A stretch of DNA of 64,000 nt from a bacterium (lineage in GTDB: Bacteria > Eisenbacteria > RBG-16-71-46): NCBI GenBank assembly GCA_043779265.1, contig JAYWEM010000058.1, positions 2,362-66,361 on the forward strand. Direction: 5' to 3'. The notes under the pieces were generated by a model. The model searched no databases and was not told the origin of the DNA. It saw nothing but the letters and a program-made list of their open reading frames with translations. The translations under genes and the position numbers were made by a program. Below are positions 58,343 to 64,000 of the stretch, piece after piece. Positions within the stretch are counted from its first letter, which is position 1; every line of letters starts with the position of its first letter.

Positions 58343-58980
58343 TGGCGACGCCCGGGCTGTTCGTCACCCTCGAAGGGGGTGAGGGCTCGGGCAAGTCCAC
58401 CCAGGTGGCACGGCTGACCGCGCGGCTGCAGAGCGCGGGCTGGCAGCCCCTGGTGACGAGGGAGCCCGGAGGCACTCCGCTCGCGGAGGGCATTCGGGCT
58501 CTTCTCATGGACCCGGCGCATCAGCCGTCGGCGATGACCGAGGCGCTCCTCATGCAGGCCGCCCGTGCGCAATTGGTGGAGACGGTGCTCCGACCCGCCC
58601 TCGCGGCCGGACGCGTCGTGATCTGCGATCGTTATGCCGATTCGTCGCTCGCCTACCAGGGCGCCGGACGCGGGCTCGACTCGGCGGTGATCGCCTTGCT
58701 CAATCGGGCCTCCACGGGCGGGCTGGTACCGGACCTGACGCTGCTCTTCGACCTGCCGGCCGAGACCGGGCTCGCGAGGCGCGAGCAGGCACCGGGCTCG
58801 ACCAATCGGATCGACCGCGAGCCGCGCGAGTTCCACGCCCGCGTCCAGACCCGATTCCGTGAGCTGGCCATGGCCGAGCCCGAGCGATGGGTCGTGCTCG
58901 ATGCCGCTTCTCCCATCGAGGCGCTCGCCGAGAGAGTCTGGTCCGAGGTCTCGAGGCGGTTGCCCTCCACGCCGCGCTGA
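58342..58980 (+). CDS. tmk: dTMP (thymidylate) kinase
   Basis: The GTG start overlaps the ino1 TAG stop. P-loop 'LEGGEGSGKST', plus 'DRYADSSLAYQG'. Confidence 0.9.
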   Translation: MATPGLFVTLEGGEGSGKSTQVARLTARLQSAGWQPLVTREPGGTPLAEGIRALLMDPAHQPSAMTEALLMQAARAQLVETVLRPALAAGRVVICDRYADSSLAYQGAGRGLDSAVIALLNRASTGGLVPDLTLLFDLPAETGLARREQAPGSTNRIDREPREFHARVQTRFRELAMAEPERWVVLDAASPIEALAERVWSEVSRRLPSTPR

Positions 58981-59112
58981 CGCGTCCGTCGTCTCATCCA
59001 AGGCGTTCGGACTGCGTGGTAGAGTCGCGGCCCCGCATCGCCCATCACTAACGATTCCATGCTCGATCCGGCACCCGTCGCTTCACCCTGAATCATCCCT
59101 CCGGAGGTCCAC

Positions 59113-60480
59113 GTGGTCCGTCGTCGCTTCCTCGTCGGCGCCCTGCTCGGTGTGCTGTTCGCCATCGGCTGGTGGGCGGGGCGTGGCCGCGCATCGAACG
59201 ACCTCTATACGCACCTCGACCAGTTCGTCGAAGTGCTGCGTGCGGTGCAGTCGAGCTACGTCGATGAGGTCGATGCCCGAGACATGATGCGAGGCGGATT
59301 GAAGGGCATGCTGCGCGGCCTGGACCCCGCGTCGCGCTACCTGGATCCGAGCGAGTTGGCGGCCCACCGCACGACGTCGAGCGGAGAGGTCGAGGGGATC
59401 GGGGCCTGGGTCGACATCCGCGAGGGTTACCCGGTCGTCATCGCGCCGCTCCATGGTTCACCTGCCGCACGCGCCGGGCTGCGCTCGGGCGACTTCATCA
59501 CGCACATCGACAGCGTCTCGACGTTCGGGCTCGGCCTCGAGGAGGCACGCGCCAAGATGATCGGCAGTGCGGGGACTCAGGTGCGGCTGCGGGTGGCGCG
59601 CAAGGGTGAGGGTGAACCGCGGGAGGTCATGATCCAGCGAGAGCGACTCCTCGTGCCCGCTGTGCCCTACGCGTTCCTCGCGGCACCCGGTGTGGGTTAT
59701 GTCCGCGTCGCCACCTTCCACGAGCGCTCGGCTGCCGAGTTCGCGGCTGCAGTCGATTCGCTGCGACGGCTCGGAGCGCGCGCCGCGATCCTCGATCTGC
59801 GCGGGAATCCGGGCGGCGTCGTGGATCAGGCGGTCGCGATCGCCGGCACGTTCCTACCCTCGGGCACGCGCGTCGTCTCAGTCGTCGGACGCGATCCCGC
59901 GGTCTCCGCGGTGCAGAACTCGAGTGCTGCGAAGCCGGAGACCGGTTGGCCGCTCGTCGTCCTGATCGACTCCGGCAGCGCGTCGGCGAGCGAGATCGTG
60001 GCGGGGGCGCTGCAGGACCTCGATCGCGCGGTGATCGTGGGCGAAAGCAGCTTCGGCAAGGGTTCCGTGCAGAACCTCTTCCCTCTCAGGGGCCGCGCCG
60101 GCGCCGTCCAGATGACGACCGCCTACTACCACACCCCGAGCGGTCGGACACTCCATCGCATCACGCGCGACCCCCTCGCGGCCGGATCGGACGAGGAGGA
60201 TGAGGAGGACGACGCAGCCCCCGATTCGGCGCTGAGCTTCCAGACGAGTGGGGGTCGCTCGGTTCGAGGCGGTGGGGGTGTGACGCCGGATGTCGTGGTG
60301 TCGGCCGACTCGTCGCGCTCGCTCACGCCGCTGCCGCTCGATGCGGCGAGCGCTCCGAGCGCCCTCGCTCTCGACCCGGTCGTGCAGCGAGCGCTGGCCA
60401 TCCTGCGCAAGTCGAGTGATGCGCGTGCCGTGTTCGCCTCGGCGGGCGTCCCCGTACCGAGCAGGACGGGGACGCGCTGA
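59113..60480 (+). CDS. ctpA: S41 family C-terminal processing peptidase
   Basis: N-terminal TM helix, PDZ 'GSPAARAGLRSGDFITHID', then 'DLRGNPGG' and 'SGSASASEIVAGALQD'. Confidence 0.9.
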   Translation: MVRRRFLVGALLGVLFAIGWWAGRGRASNDLYTHLDQFVEVLRAVQSSYVDEVDARDMMRGGLKGMLRGLDPASRYLDPSELAAHRTTSSGEVEGIGAWVDIREGYPVVIAPLHGSPAARAGLRSGDFITHIDSVSTFGLGLEEARAKMIGSAGTQVRLRVARKGEGEPREVMIQRERLLVPAVPYAFLAAPGVGYVRVATFHERSAAEFAAAVDSLRRLGARAAILDLRGNPGGVVDQAVAIAGTFLPSGTRVVSVVGRDPAVSAVQNSSAAKPETGWPLVVLIDSGSASASEIVAGALQDLDRAVIVGESSFGKGSVQNLFPLRGRAGAVQMTTAYYHTPSGRTLHRITRDPLAAGSDEEDEEDDAAPDSALSFQTSGGRSVRGGGGVTPDVVVSADSSRSLTPLPLDAASAPSALALDPVVQRALAILRKSSDARAVFASAGVPVPSRTGTR

Positions 60481-61163
60481 TGCCGGTCGCCTACCTGTGT
60501 GACTTCGACGGCACGATCTCACCCGAGGACATCGGCGCCGCCTTCGTCGAACGATTCTCGAGCGGTCAGGAGGCGACGCGCACACAGATGCTCGAAGCGT
60601 GGCTCTCGGGCGAGATGGGGCATCGTGAACTGACGGCGCGCCAGTGCGAGATCTTGTCGGTCTCGTCCGAAGCGGCCCTCGCGTTCTCCAGGACCTTCCG
60701 ACTGGACCCCCGTTTCGCACCCTTCGCGCGAGAGGCCCTGGGCCGCGGCGACGCCGTCATGGTCGTCAGCGAAGGGCTGGGCTTCTACGTCCAGGACCAT
60801 CTGGCCCAGGTGGGGCTCGGACAGCTCCCGTGGGCGGCCAATGAGGCGGTGTTCGAGGATGGACGCGTCTCGGCGCGGTTCCCCTTCGCCGACCCCGCAT
60901 GCGATGCTTGCGGGAACTGCAAAGCGCAGCATGTGAGGCGCTATCGGGGCCGGGGGTTCCACACCGTCCTGGTCGGCGACGGCACCAGCGACCGCCACGG
61001 AGCGCTCGCGGCCGACTCGATCCTCGCCACCGGGAGTCTCGCCGAGTGGTGCCGGAACGAGGGCGTCGTTCACCAGGGATTCGACCACTTCGGCGACGTC
61101 GCCGAGTTCGGACGCAGACTCGAGCAGGGCGCGACACCGTCTCGACGCCAGGAGCGAGCATGA
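60480..61163 (+). CDS. HAD-IB family phosphatase (MtnX/PSPase-like)
   Basis: Motif I 'LCDFDGTIS', plus a late 'VGDGTSD'. A 'CDACGNCK' insert is typical of MtnX-like members. Confidence 0.7.
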   Translation: MPVAYLCDFDGTISPEDIGAAFVERFSSGQEATRTQMLEAWLSGEMGHRELTARQCEILSVSSEAALAFSRTFRLDPRFAPFAREALGRGDAVMVVSEGLGFYVQDHLAQVGLGQLPWAANEAVFEDGRVSARFPFADPACDACGNCKAQHVRRYRGRGFHTVLVGDGTSDRHGALAADSILATGSLAEWCRNEGVVHQGFDHFGDVAEFGRRLEQGATPSRRQERA

Positions 61164-62221
61164 GGAAGGGACTTCGGATCGGAAACGTGGAGATCGACTC
61201 GCCGTTCGTCCTGGCACCACTGGCCGGGGTCAGCGACTCGCCGTTCCGTCAGTTGGCTCGCGAGCAGGGGGCGGCGGCCGTCTTCACCGAGATGGTCTCG
61301 GCCGACGGTCTCGTCCGCCAGAACCAGACCACGTTCGATTACTGCGCCTTCGAGGCGCATGAGCGCCCGATCGGGATCCAGTTGTTCGGCTCGGACCCGG
61401 CGATCATGGCCGAGGCCACGAAGGTGCTGGCCGCCTTCCCGGAGGACCGGCGACCGGACATGGTGGACATCAACATGGGATGCCCGGTCCGCAAGGTCGT
61501 GAGTCGGCGAGCCGGAGCAGCGCTGCTGCAGGAAGTGCCCCGCATCGAGGCGATCGTGAAGGCGATGGCCGCGGCCTCGGATCTTCCGGTGACGGCCAAG
61601 ATCCGCCTCGGATGGGATGGGGACTCGCGCAACGTCATCGAAGTCTGCAAGACGCTCGAGGGTGCCGGAGCGCGGGCCGTCTCGATCCACGCCAGGACGC
61701 GAGCCGAGAAGTTCGAGGGCGAGGCCCACTGGGAGATGATCGGGGAGGCCAAGGCGGCGGTCTCGGTCCCCATCATCGGGAACGGGGACGTCCGCACGCC
61801 CGAGGACGCGATGCGGATGCTGTCGATGACCGGCTGCGATGGCGTGATGCTGGGGCGCGCGGCCTTCGGGGATCCCTGGGTGTTCAAGCGGGTCCGTGCC
61901 ATGGCGGAGCGTGGCGAGACGCTGCCCCTTCCGACCGCCGAGGAGCGCTTGGCGGCAGGGGTGCGCCACTTGGCCCTCATGGTGGCGAGCGTCGGGACCG
62001 AATGTGCCGCTCGCGAGATGAGGAAACATGTCGCCTGGTACATCAAGGGGCTTCCCAACAGCGCCAAGGTCCGCGAGCAGGTCAACCGGACGAGGACGGC
62101 CGAGGAGATGGTCCTGCTGCTGGAGGAGTACGTCACCCAGCTCCGGGCCCACGGCCTCGAGGCCTTCGTCAGCGAAGCCGTTGGTTCGGCCGGCATCTCG
62201 ACTGCCGGCGCCTCTGGCTGA
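61160..62221 (+). CDS. dusB: tRNA-dihydrouridine synthase
   Basis: ATGA overlap. Reads 'LAPLAGVSDSPFR......GA....TEMVSA', 'DINMGCP..KV', 'VTAKIRLGW' and 'HARTR'. Confidence 0.9.
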   Translation: MRKGLRIGNVEIDSPFVLAPLAGVSDSPFRQLAREQGAAAVFTEMVSADGLVRQNQTTFDYCAFEAHERPIGIQLFGSDPAIMAEATKVLAAFPEDRRPDMVDINMGCPVRKVVSRRAGAALLQEVPRIEAIVKAMAAASDLPVTAKIRLGWDGDSRNVIEVCKTLEGAGARAVSIHARTRAEKFEGEAHWEMIGEAKAAVSVPIIGNGDVRTPEDAMRMLSMTGCDGVMLGRAAFGDPWVFKRVRAMAERGETLPLPTAEERLAAGVRHLALMVASVGTECAAREMRKHVAWYIKGLPNSAKVREQVNRTRTAEEMVLLLEEYVTQLRAHGLEAFVSEAVGSAGISTAGASG

Positions 62222-62472
62222 CGGAGCCATCTGACGTTTTCGCAACTGCTTGGACGTCAAGCCTGTGTTATGGTCCCCGCAACGAGCCGCCCGGAGGTGG
62301 CTGCTGTAGTGCTCTTGAGCGAGAGAGCGGGACCTTTTGTCCGATCGGCCCCCATGGGAGGGTGAGAATCGGACCGCGAAGCCACCGGGCGGGCCATCCA
62401 GAACGTCATCCGTGAGTCGGCAGGTGGTTGTGGAATGGTCGGTTGGCCCGATTTCGACCTCCAACTGCCAGC

Positions 62473-62513
62473 AAAAAAAACGGATTGACAGAAACGTGAA
62501 CCACTCCTAGCCT
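62473..62513 (+). promoter_or_regulatory. strong candidate promoter: A8 UP-like tract + TTGACA-N17-TAGCCT
   Basis: A8 at 62473-62480, TTGACA at 62485-62490 and TAGCCT at 62508-62513. It would give a ~330-nt leader before the ATG at 62847. Confidence 0.45.
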
Positions 62514-62846
62514 TTGTCCAGCAGTCATGCACTCGGCAACATCCGGTGCGACCTGCTGCATCTCGAGTATCCGCATCGGCGTGGGATCCGCAAGGCTGGC
62601 AGCAGCCGATGCGCCACGTCGTTACAACTGAGAGACGGCTTACACCATGTGCTCCGTGCACCCCGAACTGCCTAGGGGGCACAGGGCAGCGGAAAGGGGG
62701 GATGGTCCTCGTTGGACGAGTGCCGTCGGATTGCTCTTGTTCCCTGAGCGCCGTCGGCGATTCGTTTTTAAGGCGACACCTCGCTCGCAATCCTTCACCA
62801 GGAAGACTTCGCACTGCCCATGCATTGCGACGATGGAGGTAGTCAA

Positions 62847-64000
62847 ATGAAGAAGTCGTTCGTCGCTGCGCTGCTCCTCACCGGAGCCGCCGCGATGCTC
62901 GCCACTAGCGCCTTCGCACAGTTCGACGAGAGCTCGATGCAGGAGTTCCCGTCCAAGCTGGTGAACGCCAGCAAGGCGAAAGATCTGAAGAACTCGCGTG
63001 CCCAGCGTCTGGGTACGTCCTCGGATCTCGTGGATACGGTCTACGTTGGTCATTCGTACACCAACAACACCGGCTTCCCGGGTCCGATCACGAACTATTG
63101 GAACGTCTACACCGGGCATTACGCGCCCGGCGTCAACGATGCCCAGAACGCCATCTGGGACTGGGATCACTCGACGGGCTTCGGTGCTTACGTCGGTGAC
63201 TCGCTGGCCGGCTGGTGGCCCATCCGTCGCCCGTACGGCATCACGGGTGGTCTGACGCTCGCTGACAACGCTCGTCCGTGGACTGCGATCCAGCAGGGCA
63301 ACATGGGCAACTACGTCATCAACCAGGGTGCAGGCGGCAAGCGCACGTTCGGTGTGACGGGTTACTGGCACGACGATGCGGGTGTCGGCCAGGGCAGCGC
63401 GGTCACGTGGTCGCCCATCTCGGGCCTCCGCTCGGCCTGGTGCGGTATGCGCCAGCACGGCGACAACAGCGCCATGGATCTCGTGACGGGTAACGCCTAC
63501 AACGCAGCCGCGCTGATCTACAACAGCGAAGGTGATGGCGGCACGGGCATCAACTCCAACTACCCGGGCTATGCCAACCACATGGATCAGATGCTGTACC
63601 GCGACATCGCTGCAACGTCCGGTCAGTCGCTGACCCTCTCGTTCAGCTACCGCACCTTCATGTCGACGGGCGTCATCACGACGGCGTCGACGCGTACGGG
63701 CTGGTTCGACAAGGATCCGCTCGCGGTGACGGCCGGCAACTTCATCAGCAGCACGGCTGCGGGTGCGGCGGCTCCGATCGACTCGTTCATGGTCTACATC
63801 GGTTCGCCGGCGAACGATGCTGGCGTGCGTCTCTCGGATGGCACGACGGCTCCGGTCTTCGACCTGCAGCGTCGCTGGTTCTCCGAGGTCCTGCGTGTCA
63901 ACGAGGGCAGCGCTCCGTACTACCAGATGCTGTCGACGTCGGGCATCAACGGCGACACGCTCGGTGGCTCGGCCAGCTTCTCGGCCGTCATCCCGGCAGG
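62847..64000 (+). CDS. large secreted protein, N-terminal part (continues beyond the right window edge)
   Basis: GGAGG lies 7 nt before the ATG. Signal peptide 'MKKSFVAALLLTGAAAMLATSAFA'. I read the frame as open through to position 64000. GGT/CGT/ACG codon bias is unlike the neighbouring genes. It is absent from the ORF track because it has no stop codon. Confidence 0.8.
   Translation, partial: MKKSFVAALLLTGAAAMLATSAFAQFDESSMQEFPSKLVNASKAKDLKNSRAQRLGTSSDLVDTVYVGHSYTNNTGFPGPITNYWNVYTGHYAPGVNDAQNAIWDWDHSTGFGAYVGDSLAGWWPIRRPYGITGGLTLADNARPWTAIQQGNMGNYVINQGAGGKRTFGVTGYWHDDAGVGQGSAVTWSPISGLRSAWCGMRQHGDNSAMDLVTGNAYNAAALIYNSEGDGGTGINSNYPGYANHMDQMLYRDIAATSGQSLTLSFSYRTFMSTGVITTASTRTGWFDKDPLAVTAGNFISSTAAGAAAPIDSFMVYIGSPANDAGVRLSDGTTAPVFDLQRRWFSEVLRVNEGSAPYYQMLSTSGINGDTLGGSASFSAVIPA

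Noticed and set aside
62271-62286. 'UGGUCCCCGCAACGAG' resembles the 5' 'GGUUCUCCCGCAACGCU' segment of E. coli 4.5S/SRP RNA.
   Set aside because: I could not find the universally conserved SRP domain IV motifs (GGAA tetraloop context, '...GGAAGCAGCC...') on either strand nearby. The resemblance is too short to call.
62675-62705. 'GGGGCACAGGGCAGCGGAAAGGGGGG' recalls the 'CACGCACAGGGCAAACC...GAAA' core of the c-di-GMP-I (GEMM-I) riboswitch. That would be attractive given the c-di-GMP genes in the window.
   Set aside because: The P2 stem around the GAAA does not pair. I do not find the second conserved half ('GACGCAAAGCC.CCGG'). An Infernal scan would be needed, so I am not reporting it as a riboswitch.

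Overview
Very GC-rich bacterial chromosomal segment (about two-thirds G+C by eye, not computed). It is densely packed, with about 60 protein genes on both strands, and many are translationally coupled through ATGA/GTGA overlaps. I found no rRNA, tRNA or CRISPR array.

The core content is housekeeping:
- A korAB 2-oxoacid:ferredoxin oxidoreductase operon with a TrxR-like FNR.
- A complete F1Fo ATP synthase operon (atpZ, atpI/B, E, F, H, A, G, D, C).
- priA, tsaD, cutA, ilvC, an IHF/HU-like gene, ltaE, rsmI, tmk, dusB, rluE and ppiB.
- Many peptidases (two M20, plus M32, S41 and YugP-like).

The less ordinary content:
1. A roughly 2.1 kb block carrying a secreted repeat protein lies directly after atpC. 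It is bounded by a chimeric atpD'/atpC' sequence relic.
2. The AtpI-like and AtpB reading frames have no stop codon between them, and epsilon is short.
3. A single-ORF IS element is inserted exactly at a CTAG shared by two convergent stop codons.
4. A c-di-GMP/two-component cluster encodes REC-GGDEF with a GGDDF motif, GAF-HK-GAF-HD-GYP, and a CheY-like protein.
5. An orphan GspE/PilB-type ATPase is fused to a receiver domain.
6. Two conserved but uncharacterised gene pairs are present: RnfD-like with DUF2330, and Zn-peptidase with ATP-grasp.
7. A CDP-alcohol transferase and inositol-3-phosphate synthase form a cassette.
8. A 625-nt intergenic region has an A-tract, a consensus promoter and a long leader. 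It sits in front of a secreted-protein gene with strongly biased codon use.

Several large secreted proteins end in a FlgD-Ig-like beta-sandwich sorting domain. This suggests an uncultivated FCB-/Gemmatimonadota-/Eisenbacteria-like lineage, which is inference only. I see no clear defence system. The candidates for something undescribed are the conserved pairs and fusions listed under findings.

All functional calls come from motif recognition by eye, not from database searches.
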